Below, in pieces: positions 1-9,719 of a stretch of 64,000 nt of DNA. Numbering within the stretch: the first letter of the stretch is position 1; the number at the start of each line of letters is the position of its first letter. Made by a program: the position numbers and the translations under genes. Under the pieces are notes generated by a model. That model saw only the letters and a program-made list of their open reading frames with translations. It was not told the origin of the DNA and did no database searches. The DNA is taken from contig CAVUZH010000024.1 of the NCBI GenBank assembly GCA_963745835.1, forward strand, positions 160,001 to 224,000, in the 5' to 3' direction. This stretch comes from an uncultured delta proteobacterium. GTDB lineage: Bacteria; Desulfobacterota; Binatia; UBA9968.

Positions 1-803
1 CGGTCCACCCAGAAATATTGAGTGCCGGGATTCGAGTTCAGGTTTTCCCATTTGGGATTTTCCGGATCCGCCGGCGGTTTAACCGGACTCGGCCCAACAT
101 GGCAAAAGCCACACGACATGCCGACTCGGTAAGGACGAATCAGGTTTTTATCATTATAGTAGTCGGGGTCGGTATAAAATTTTTCCGCATTCCATTTCTT
201 TTGCGCCGCTTCGTCGAACTCCGGATTCGGAAACAGGCGCAGGCCGACAATTCCCGACGCATAGCCGTACAACGATCCCACGGGAATGTTCTTACCGCGC
301 GCGCCAATCTGGATGCCGGGATATTTCTGTTCGTTTTCGAACGGGTCCGGCGGGCAATCTTTGCTGCGCGTATCCAGCCACAGGCCGAAGCGATCTTTGT
401 TCGCGGTCTGTGGCTTATCAAAGCAGGGCTCGTTTACCAGGCCAAGTTCTTGCCAACGCGTGTCCCGGCTCAGATGTTTGATGTTGGGATGAGATGAAAG
501 AATCTTAAGTAGATCGACGGCGCCAAAGCTCTCGCTAACGAGGTGATCCCAGAAGCGGTCGTTGCCGCCGCTCCAAACGATCCAGTTGTTGCGTCCCCTC
601 ACCTCATTGGCCGTGAGTTCCACCCCGCCATCCATGTCTTTAAAATAATCCTCATCGGCGGCCGGCAAGCTTTCCGCAGTGCGTCCAACCGTTAACGCCT
701 CGTCCTTAACCGAGCCAGGTTCGGGCGATCCTTTTCCGCATCCGGAAGCTGCGAGGATGACGAGTATCGATAGCGCAGAAAGGTTCAGACGACGGATTTC
801 CAT
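1..803 (-). CDS. Large lipoprotein c-type cytochrome of unknown function (5' part only; runs off the window edge)
   Basis: Missing from the ORF track because there is no stop in the window. Manual translation from ATG 803 gives MEIRRLNLSALSILVILAASG-C (lipobox)...GRNNWIVWSGGNDRFWD...YRVGMSCGFCHVGP (CxxCH near 95-110). Confidence 0.8.
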   Translation of the reverse strand, partial: MEIRRLNLSALSILVILAASGCGKGSPEPGSVKDEALTVGRTAESLPAADEDYFKDMDGGVELTANEVRGRNNWIVWSGGNDRFWDHLVSESFGAVDLLKILSSHPNIKHLSRDTRWQELGLVNEPCFDKPQTANKDRFGLWLDTRSKDCPPDPFENEQKYPGIQIGARGKNIPVGSLYGYASGIVGLRLFPNPEFDEAAQKKWNAEKFYTDPDYYNDKNLIRPYRVGMSCGFCHVGPSPVKPPADPENPKWENLNSNPGTQYFWVD

Positions 804-888
804 TGTTTGTTTCTCCCCAACCACAACGCTGCCATTCCAAAGAATCGGCCAGCTTTTCGGCAATAGATCTGTTTCGACTTAGCGAATG

Positions 889-2349
889 TCAAAGGCTCTT
901 CAGATATTCGATCAACGCGTCTTTTTCCGGGGCCGACAAGTTGACGCCGAATTCGTGGCCCTGGTTGCCGCTGGCGCGTTCACTGACATCATATTTGGTG
1001 CCGATTCGTTGCGCCTCCGGACCTTGGCTAACGAACCCGACATTCTCCGGATCGTAAACATCATAACCGCGATAGAATACCTTTGGCCGCTCGGCGACCG
1101 CTTTGAGCAAATCGCGCAGAGTCGGCACCGAACCGTTGTGCAGATAAGGCGCGCGCAGCCAGATGCCGTCCAAGAACTGCGCGATGTATCCACTCGGTTC
1201 ATTTTCGACCAGACCGCGCCGCTCGATGCCGAAATTGCGCACGACTTTGTTGGACTCAATGGCTGCCTGCTTGCTCCAGGTTTTTAGCCGCTCGCGATCC
1301 GTGCCGACCTCTTCAACCGGCACGCGGGTGCCGGTGCGCTCGCTCGCGTGACACCTGGCGCAATTAGCATCAAAAATAGTCTTGCCCAGTTTGGCTTGTT
1401 CCGCCTTGATCGGGAATGGATACTTTGGCGCCTGCAGTTCACTCAAGTATTTCACCAGCCAATCAATCTGCTCCATGAAATCGTCGCGATCGTGCGGCTC
1501 GGCATTGAGCAGGCCCAAGGCCGAATCGATGATCACCGAACGCGCATCATGGCTGTCGCCGGCAAGGTTCATTAGCATGCCTTTCTCCGGCTGGTACTTT
1601 TTTAAATTCCAGACCGACGGCATGTCGGTGGGACCAATCGTATCGTCCATAGGCCAGTTGAGTAGGAAATATTTGGTGAGATTCATGGCATCATCGCGCC
1701 CCCGGCCCCACAACGGGAACTCCTCGTGATACACCCACTTGAATTGCGCTTCGCGTTCGAGCAAACGCTTTTTGGTGATCGGAATCAGCACGTAGCGATA
1801 AATCAGCCGATCCAACAGCGGCAAATCATAAACGAGCGCGATTTCGCTCATGATCTCATCGGCGTTGAAGCGGGGATCCCTGGCACAGTCCACGACGAAG
1901 CGGAAAAATGCCTGCAGATTGAGCGTGTGATTGGGCCCTGCCGGCACAAACACAGGATTTTCATCGGCGCTCTTACGATAGCTGGCGGTGTGGCACGAGG
2001 CGCAGTTATTAGCCACGCGTGGAAAGCCGATCACTTTTTTAGTGAAACCGATCGGCAGCTCCTGACCCTGCTCCCACGCGACTCCTAAGGAAGCATAACC
2101 GCCAGGCCCCGGCAACTTCTCGGGAAACATGCGCGGCAGTACGAAAAAGATCCAATACGGTATGCCGGCATCGTGCTCCGCGCCAATGGAGCCATATTTA
2201 AAACGCATGTCGGGTGTGGCGGTCACCCAGTTAGGTTGCGGCTCCTCACGGAGAAATTTATACCAACCGATAATACCTCCGACAGCAACGAACAGGAGCA
2301 CAAGCAGCAAACAAGTTTTCCACCAGGATTTTTTTTGTCCTGCAACCAT
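889..2349 (-). CDS. Membrane-anchored di-heme cytochrome c, RoxA/MauG-like
   Basis: N-terminal TM helix; two CxxCH motifs (CASCH, CARCH); WLRAPYLHNGSVPTL; C-terminal GNQGHEFG...DALIEYLK. Confidence 0.85.
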   Translation of the reverse strand: MVAGQKKSWWKTCLLLVLLFVAVGGIIGWYKFLREEPQPNWVTATPDMRFKYGSIGAEHDAGIPYWIFFVLPRMFPEKLPGPGGYASLGVAWEQGQELPIGFTKKVIGFPRVANNCASCHTASYRKSADENPVFVPAGPNHTLNLQAFFRFVVDCARDPRFNADEIMSEIALVYDLPLLDRLIYRYVLIPITKKRLLEREAQFKWVYHEEFPLWGRGRDDAMNLTKYFLLNWPMDDTIGPTDMPSVWNLKKYQPEKGMLMNLAGDSHDARSVIIDSALGLLNAEPHDRDDFMEQIDWLVKYLSELQAPKYPFPIKAEQAKLGKTIFDANCARCHASERTGTRVPVEEVGTDRERLKTWSKQAAIESNKVVRNFGIERRGLVENEPSGYIAQFLDGIWLRAPYLHNGSVPTLRDLLKAVAERPKVFYRGYDVYDPENVGFVSQGPEAQRIGTKYDVSERASGNQGHEFGVNLSAPEKDALIEYLKSL

Positions 2350-2385
2350 CGAACCTCCAGGGTCACTCAGGAGCGCACCCGCGAT

Positions 2386-3906
2386 TTAAAAAGTCTTGAG
2401 GTACTCGATCAAAGCGTCTTTGTCTGCGACCGGCAGCTCGGTGCCGTAGCGGTTTCCTTCATGACCTTGATTCGAATTGCCGGGCTCAGCTGTATCGTAA
2501 AGAAAATATTTCCGGCCTTTCTCTTCGCTGACGTCGCCAACAAAGCCAACCTTCTTCTGGTCGTAGACATCGTAGCCGCGGTAAAAAGTTTTCGGTCGTT
2601 TGTCACTGGGCTCCAGCAGGTCGCGCAAGGTCGGCACCGAGCCGTTGTGCAAATACGGCGCCCGCAGCCAGAGCCCGTCGAGCGGACTATTGGCATAACC
2701 GAAAGTTTTGCGGAAGTGCCTGAAGCGTTCTTCGGCGTATCCGGCGAAGATCATATTTTGATTGACGGCAACCTCATAGGTGTAGGAGTCGAGACGTGCG
2801 CGGTCGGTGCCAATATCCTTGATCGGCACCACCTTGCCGACATCTTCGCCGCGAAAATCCTTGCCATCGGCGCCATGGCATTTCGCACAGTACTCTTTGT
2901 AGATCGGCGCGCCTTGGGCGGCGAGATCATTGTTGATCGCAAACGGATAGGCTGGCGCGGCGAGATTGCGGACCCAGTCGGCGACGCGTTTCAAGCTGGC
3001 CCGGTCGCCGGTGGGCGGCGTGATGCCGGTGCCCATGGCGGCGCTGCGGTTACGCTCCTCCAGCGACACGTTGTTACCGTCCCAATGCAAGTTCATTTTG
3101 AGACTTTCGCGTTGGTCCTGATTCCAAATGGACGGAAAATCCGTCGTGCCAATTCGTTCCTCCTTCGAAAGCTGATCGGGCGGGAAATTAAAATAAGCTT
3201 TCAACGGGTTGAAGGTGTCGACTCGCCCCGGACCCCACTCGGGTTGCTCTTTGATGAAATCCAGCCGATCGCGCAAAGTCAGGATTCGTTCGCGCATGAA
3301 ATAAATGCCGTAGAAACGCAGTACCAGCCGATCGATCATGGGTAAATCGTCCAGACCTTCGCGTTCTCGGATAACCTTAATCTGCCGCAGGATGTCCCTT
3401 GGCGTAAATCTCCTGTCCTCGCCGGTCGCGAACAGAAATCTCATGAAGGCGCGGAAGTCAAAAGTATTTGCCGGCATTGCTGAATAAACCTTGGGCTCGC
3501 TTTCCGCGCTTTCGCGCACGGTTCCCGCATGGCAAAAGGCACAGTTGAGCCACACTACGTCAAAGCCGAGATAGCGGCGCTGGGACATGCCGACCGGAAG
3601 ACTTTTCCCCTTCTCGAAAACAAAGCCGACCGACTCCCAGCCACGGCCGGGCTGCGGCAACTTGTCTTCAAACAGCTCAGGTAAGGCGCGCCAGATCCAA
3701 TACGGCACGCCAAACTCGTGCTCGCTGCCGAGGGACCCATACTTGAAATGCTCGAGATCGTCTTTGTAAACCACCGGAGTATCGGCGCCGAAACGTCCCA
3801 GCAACAAAGCTCCCCCCACCATAGCCAGTACCAGCACCACAACAGTGATCCAACCGATGAGCTTCAGAATACGTTCGCCCGGCGACGCTAGTTCAGGCTG
3901 CGCCAT
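2386..3906 (-). CDS. Membrane-anchored di-heme cytochrome c, RoxA/MauG-like (paralogue of 889-2349)
   Basis: Start moved to ATG 3906 (GGGGAG RBS); TM helix; CAFCH and CAKCH; WLRAPYLHNGSVPTL; shares FKYGSxGxEHxxGxPYWI with its neighbour. Confidence 0.85.
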   Translation of the reverse strand: MAQPELASPGERILKLIGWITVVVLVLAMVGGALLLGRFGADTPVVYKDDLEHFKYGSLGSEHEFGVPYWIWRALPELFEDKLPQPGRGWESVGFVFEKGKSLPVGMSQRRYLGFDVVWLNCAFCHAGTVRESAESEPKVYSAMPANTFDFRAFMRFLFATGEDRRFTPRDILRQIKVIREREGLDDLPMIDRLVLRFYGIYFMRERILTLRDRLDFIKEQPEWGPGRVDTFNPLKAYFNFPPDQLSKEERIGTTDFPSIWNQDQRESLKMNLHWDGNNVSLEERNRSAAMGTGITPPTGDRASLKRVADWVRNLAAPAYPFAINNDLAAQGAPIYKEYCAKCHGADGKDFRGEDVGKVVPIKDIGTDRARLDSYTYEVAVNQNMIFAGYAEERFRHFRKTFGYANSPLDGLWLRAPYLHNGSVPTLRDLLEPSDKRPKTFYRGYDVYDQKKVGFVGDVSEEKGRKYFLYDTAEPGNSNQGHEGNRYGTELPVADKDALIEYLKTF

Positions 3907-4119
3907 AGACGTTCTCCCCCCGTAATGGTTGCTCGCTGCACTGGCGTTGTCACGATCATCAAAAGTTAGTGCCGTCGTTTGACGTGAATCGATTGAAGAT
4001 TGGCTCGAGATCGAAATAGCTGGAGTTGTTCGTGAAGAATATGGCTTCGATCCTGGGGGCCCCCGCGGCAGGATCGCCCCGAACCGCGGTGTCAGGTTCA
4101 CAGCATCGGCTTTATCTGA

Positions 4120-4557
4120 CTAGGAGTTAAACTTCAGGGCAAAATCAATCAATCGCTTTTTCTCCCAATAAACCTTCCCCAAGTAGAGGCCGGGTTCGAT
4201 TTGGCGGATCTCATCACGTATCCACTGAGCGATAATGGAGGTATCGGAGTAATCCAGAACAATACAGTCTTTGCCGTCGAGCCAACTAGGTGCTTTGTAA
4301 ACTTTGGCGATGATGGCATTGAGACCAAAAGGAAGAATTCGGTTTTTCAGGACTCCCTTGCCGGCATCGAAGACTTTACCTTGCCAGGCAAAGTTACTGA
4401 TGAACTTGGCGATGTTCGAACTGAACTTCGTGCCGGGCGCAACGATCGCGGTTCCATCCGCTTCGCCGTTTGGAATCTCGCCCGCGGCGCATTTGCCGAA
4501 AAGGTCGTCGAGGTCTGCTTGCGACATGCTCAAAAGTTTCTCGACATCGTAAGCCAT
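4120..4557 (-). CDS. Conserved hypothetical protein, possibly a GXWXG/DUF4334-like beta-barrel
   Basis: 145 aa; GGAGG RBS; motifs WQGKVF, IVLDY, IRDEIR; first gene of the cytochrome cluster. Confidence 0.7.
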   Translation of the reverse strand: MAYDVEKLLSMSQADLDDLFGKCAAGEIPNGEADGTAIVAPGTKFSSNIAKFISNFAWQGKVFDAGKGVLKNRILPFGLNAIIAKVYKAPSWLDGKDCIVLDYSDTSIIAQWIRDEIRQIEPGLYLGKVYWEKKRLIDFALKFNS

Positions 4558-4773
4558 GGTAGTTTCCCTCCTCCCGTCAGATATATATTCGAGGAAGATG
4601 TCACTCGTTGAAACGAACTAACGACGACTAATCTCATACGACTGCGCCCGACGTCAAGAAAATTTCCTACGGCTGAAGAAAATCGCAGATGAGAATTAAA
4701 GTGTGCACGCATCGCGCGATTTTGAATTGTGAATCGAAGTAACTTTTGTCAAGCTACAATCTAAGTGGAACAC

Positions 4774-4983
4774 ATGAAAACAAAAACAGCGATCATCTCT
4801 ATCGATGATTTAAAATCGGATGATTTGCCGGCTCTGCGCCAAACGCTCGGCACATTGCCTGGAGTTCAGAGTTTAGATTTCAGCTTGGAGCGCAAGGTCG
4901 CGGTGATTGATTTCGATCCCAAACAGTCTCACCTTGACGATTTTTTGCGCGCAGTTTTGAAGGCGGGATTTAGAGTAAGCTAA
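4774..4983 (+). CDS. HMA/copper-chaperone-fold protein lacking CxxC
   Basis: LPGVQSLDFSLERKVAVIDFDP...AVLKAGF matches the HMA pattern; the protein has no cysteines. Confidence 0.65.
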   Translation: MKTKTAIISIDDLKSDDLPALRQTLGTLPGVQSLDFSLERKVAVIDFDPKQSHLDDFLRAVLKAGFRVS

Positions 4984-4986
4984 CAG

Positions 4987-5133
4987 CCGTTCAACCGTTC
5001 AAAGTTCACGGTTCTAGGCTAACACTGCGAGTGCTCACGACGCAGCAGTGTTCGTCCCGAGCTTGTTTACTTCAAATCATTCCGGCTCAACAGCGTACGG
5101 ATTGAACGTTCGAATGTTGAACCGTTGAACGGT
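4987..5133. repeat. GTTCAA-array inverted element A
   Basis: ccgttcaaccgttcaaagttcacggttc (4987-5014) and ttgaacgttcgaatgttgaaccgttgaacggt (5102-5133) face each other between convergent genes. Confidence 0.7.
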
Positions 5134-5135
5134 AC

Positions 5136-6491
5136 TTACTCTCCGGCCACGGTCATCTTAGAAATTTTAATGGTAGGCGCGGCGATGCGGCCTCTCATTT
5201 CGAGATCGTTGCCGATCGTCTCGATATTTTGAAACATCTCTTTGAGATTCCCCGCAATCGTCACCTCTTCGACGGGATACGCGAGCTCGCCGTTTTCGAT
5301 CCAGATGCCGGCGGCGCCGCGCGAGTAATCGCCGGTTACGAGATTAACACCGAAGCCGATGGTCTCGGTTAAATAGAGGCCCCGTTTCACAGAACCGATA
5401 ATCTCGTCAGGCGCTTGCTTGCCGGGCGCAAGATAAAAGTTGGTGGGCGCCACACCCGGCGGTTCACCTATCGAACGAGAAGCATTTCCGGTCGAAGCCA
5501 TGTTTAACTTTTTGCCGCTGTAAGTGTCGAGCAGATAGCTGCGCAAAAACCCATTCTCAACTACAGCCTTTTGGGTAATCGGCAAGCCTTCGGAGTCAAA
5601 TGGTTTCGAGCCGAGCGCTCCGGGAATGGTTCCATCGTCCCAAACCGTGGTTAGATCCGACGCGATCTTGTTGCCGAGCTGACCGTTTAGAAAGGATGCG
5701 CCTTTGTACAAAGAGTATCCCGACAACGCGGAGGACAGATTCCGCAACAGCGAAGCCGCCATATCGGGATCGAAAACAATCGGCACTTCGCAAGTTTTAA
5801 TTTTACGAGCGCCCAGACGGCGCAATACCCGTTCGGCGGCTCTTTTGCCAACGCTCTCCGCCGAATCTAATCGGGCAAATTTTCGATTGGACGAATACCA
5901 ATAGTCTCTCTGCATCGAACCATTTTGCGACGCCACCGGAGCGACTGAATGACCGAAATTCGATCCGTGATACTCGCCGCAGAATCCATGACTGCTGGCG
6001 TAGATAACCCGACCGGATTGGTTGGAAAATTCCGCCCCTTCAGAGTTGGTAATGCGAGGATCGAATTCCATGGCCGCCTTCTCGGCCGCCAGCGCGATGG
6101 CGATTTTGTCATCGACAGAAACTGAGTCCGCCGCATTATCGAAGAGATCCATGTCGGGAATATCTCGAGCCAACAATGCAGCGTCGGGCAAGCCGCTGAA
6201 CGGATCTTGAGCGGTAAACCGGGCCATATTGATGGTATCCTCAACAAGTTTGTCGATGGCTTGTCTTGAAATATCCGAAGTTGAGGCAGAGGCGGAGCTA
6301 TTGCCGTAAAACAACCGCAAACCCAGCCGCTTTTCTTGAGCCTGGCTAATTTTCTCCACTTCGCCAAGACGAACGGTGACAAAGAAAGAGTCTCCCTCCA
6401 CCATGACGATGTCGCCCTGAGTCGCTCCTTTAGCTTTGGCCGTGTCGAGAACCTCGCGCGCCAATTGCTGACTGAGATCGAGTCGTTCCAT
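5136..6491 (-). CDS. pmbA: Metalloprotease PmbA/TldE
   Basis: MQRDYWYS, KPFDSEG, GDYSRGAAGIWIENGE; adjacent to tldD. Confidence 0.93.
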   Translation of the reverse strand: MERLDLSQQLAREVLDTAKAKGATQGDIVMVEGDSFFVTVRLGEVEKISQAQEKRLGLRLFYGNSSASASTSDISRQAIDKLVEDTINMARFTAQDPFSGLPDAALLARDIPDMDLFDNAADSVSVDDKIAIALAAEKAAMEFDPRITNSEGAEFSNQSGRVIYASSHGFCGEYHGSNFGHSVAPVASQNGSMQRDYWYSSNRKFARLDSAESVGKRAAERVLRRLGARKIKTCEVPIVFDPDMAASLLRNLSSALSGYSLYKGASFLNGQLGNKIASDLTTVWDDGTIPGALGSKPFDSEGLPITQKAVVENGFLRSYLLDTYSGKKLNMASTGNASRSIGEPPGVAPTNFYLAPGKQAPDEIIGSVKRGLYLTETIGFGVNLVTGDYSRGAAGIWIENGELAYPVEEVTIAGNLKEMFQNIETIGNDLEMRGRIAAPTIKISKMTVAGE

Positions 6492-6530
6492 GTTTCCTTC
6501 CCGCTTACTGCCTGAACTATTCCGGGTCGA

Positions 6531-7982
<1,452 letters not shown>

Positions 7983-8149
7983 GTTAGATTCTCCCTTGAC
8001 GATTTGTACCACCTCGAACCTTCGCTTTAAAGACATTCGCTCACGCGCATTGAACTGACCTGCTCTGCCAAAAATGGCCTAAACTGCTCGGTTGATCGTT
8101 CTAATCGGTATGGGTTAGAATCCGCTCCATCAAAACCTAGGTGAGGACA

Positions 8150-9218
8150 ATGGCACAAAAAAAAATCATTCATGTGGTCGGCACCGGAACTATCGGCGAA
8201 CCCCTCATCGGGATTCTCTGCACCTTCAAGGAACAGTTCGGCATAGATGAAGTGACTTTTCATAAACGGACGCCGCTTCTCACCGACCGTTCAAAGGTCA
8301 TGGTCCTATGCAATCGAGGCGCGCAACTTTGCGTCGATAAAGAACGGCGGCAAAAATTCGTCGAGATGGGCATGACCCCGACCTATGAAGCTGAGGAAGC
8401 CATTGAGCGCGCCAGCGTAATTATCGACTGCACACCGGTCGGCAACGACAACAAAGAGAAGCTTTACAACAAGTACGCTAATAACGGGCGCGGGTTTCAT
8501 CGCTCAAGGCAGTGAGTACGGATTCGGCAAGATGTATGCGCGTGGCATCAACGACAAGGCTCTGATCAAGGGAGAGGACCAGTTCATCCAGGTCGTAAGC
8601 TGCAATACTCACAACTTAGCCGTGCTCATCGATACCATCGCATTAGGACCGGAAAAGGAAGACAATTTAGAAGAAAGCCGTTTTGTCTGCATGCGCCGCG
8701 CTAACGACATCAGTCAGGAAGGGGATTTCATCCCGGCGCCAGAAGCAGGCAAGCACGATGATACCGAGTTCGGGACTCATCAAGGCCGAGACGCGCATTA
8801 TCTGTTCAAGACCCTGGGCATGGACCTGAATATCTATTCCTCGGCTCTCAAGCTAAACACCCAGTATATGCACACAATTCATTTCGACCTTAAGTTACGG
8901 CGCGGCATTGACAAAGATCAATTGATGCGGCGACTGCAGTCCAACGGCAGGGTCGCGATGACCAACAAAAAATCATCCGCTTCGGTCTTCTCGTTCGGCA
9001 GGGATCACGGGCTCTTCGGCCGCATTTTGAATCAAACAGTGATTGTCACACAAAGCTTGGCGATGAGAGGAGACCGCGAAATCATCGGCACTTGCTTCAC
9101 GCCGCAGGACGGCAATTCGCTATTCAGTAGCTTGGCGGCAACCATGTGGTTTTTGTATCCAGACTCTTACGAGGACAAGCTGAGCCCGGTTCGAGATTAC
9201 TTCTTCAACGAGATCTAA
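8150..9218 (+). CDS. Archaeal-type (class II) GAPDH-like dehydrogenase, one frameshift near 8493
   Basis: Joining the two ORFs gives VVGTGTIG (Rossmann), VIIDCTP, FIAQGSE, QVVSCNTH (catalytic Cys), RRAND, GTHQGRD, YMH. Confidence 0.75.
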
Positions 9219-9250
9219 CCTTGCATATAACGGCGTGGCTCGGCGCCGTT

Positions 9251-9688
9251 CTATTCCCTCACCGTTTCCGCGGCAACATCATCAAACCTGACCGCGTCCC
9301 CGGCTTTAAAACCGTATCGGCGTGAAAGTCCGCCGTTAATTTCGAGTACATACTGACTCGGAACCGATACCGAACGGCCATCCAAGGAAAACGGCACGGT
9401 TTCATGGACGATGCCGACGATTTTGCGATCGCGGCTGATGAAAATCATGTCGAGAGGAATCGGCGTGTTCTTCATCCAGAACGAATTGATTTTCTCGCCT
9501 GGAAAGATAAACAACATCCCGTGATTGGGCGGTAGCTCGCGCCGATACATCAGGCCAACCTCGCGCCTTTCAGGCGTGGCGGCGATCTCAATCTGAAAGC
9601 TAACCTCACCTTTGGTGGTTTCAATAGTCACTTTGGGTTGTCCCTTGCAAGCGATTGGCATCATTGAAAATACTGAGCTCAATACCAA
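9251..9688 (-). CDS. DUF192 family protein (start uncertain)
   Basis: EIAATPERREVGLMYR, GMLFIF, FWMKNTPIPLDMIFI, YVLEINGG. Confidence 0.85.
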   Translation of the reverse strand: MVLSSVFSMMPIACKGQPKVTIETTKGEVSFQIEIAATPERREVGLMYRRELPPNHGMLFIFPGEKINSFWMKNTPIPLDMIFISRDRKIVGIVHETVPFSLDGRSVSVPSQYVLEINGGLSRRYGFKAGDAVRFDDVAAETVRE

Positions 9689-9719
9689 AGCTCCAGCATA
9701 CCTAATCCAGAACCGTGCT

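Noticed and set aside
2173-3345. Long antisense ORFs (also 17116-19635 and 44115-45293)
   Set aside because: Shadow frames of well-supported opposite-strand genes, with no motifs.
889-3906. Naming these genes roxA or mauG
   Set aside because: Only shared motifs are seen; size, membrane anchors and gene context differ.
3907-4101. N-terminal extension of the 571-aa ORF
   Set aside because: Low-complexity sequence; the better RBS and the TM anchor start at 3906.
4978-5133. attC-like start (TAAC...GTTCAA after a stop codon)
   Set aside because: No matching GTTRRRY end or attC box geometry, and no integron integrase in the window.
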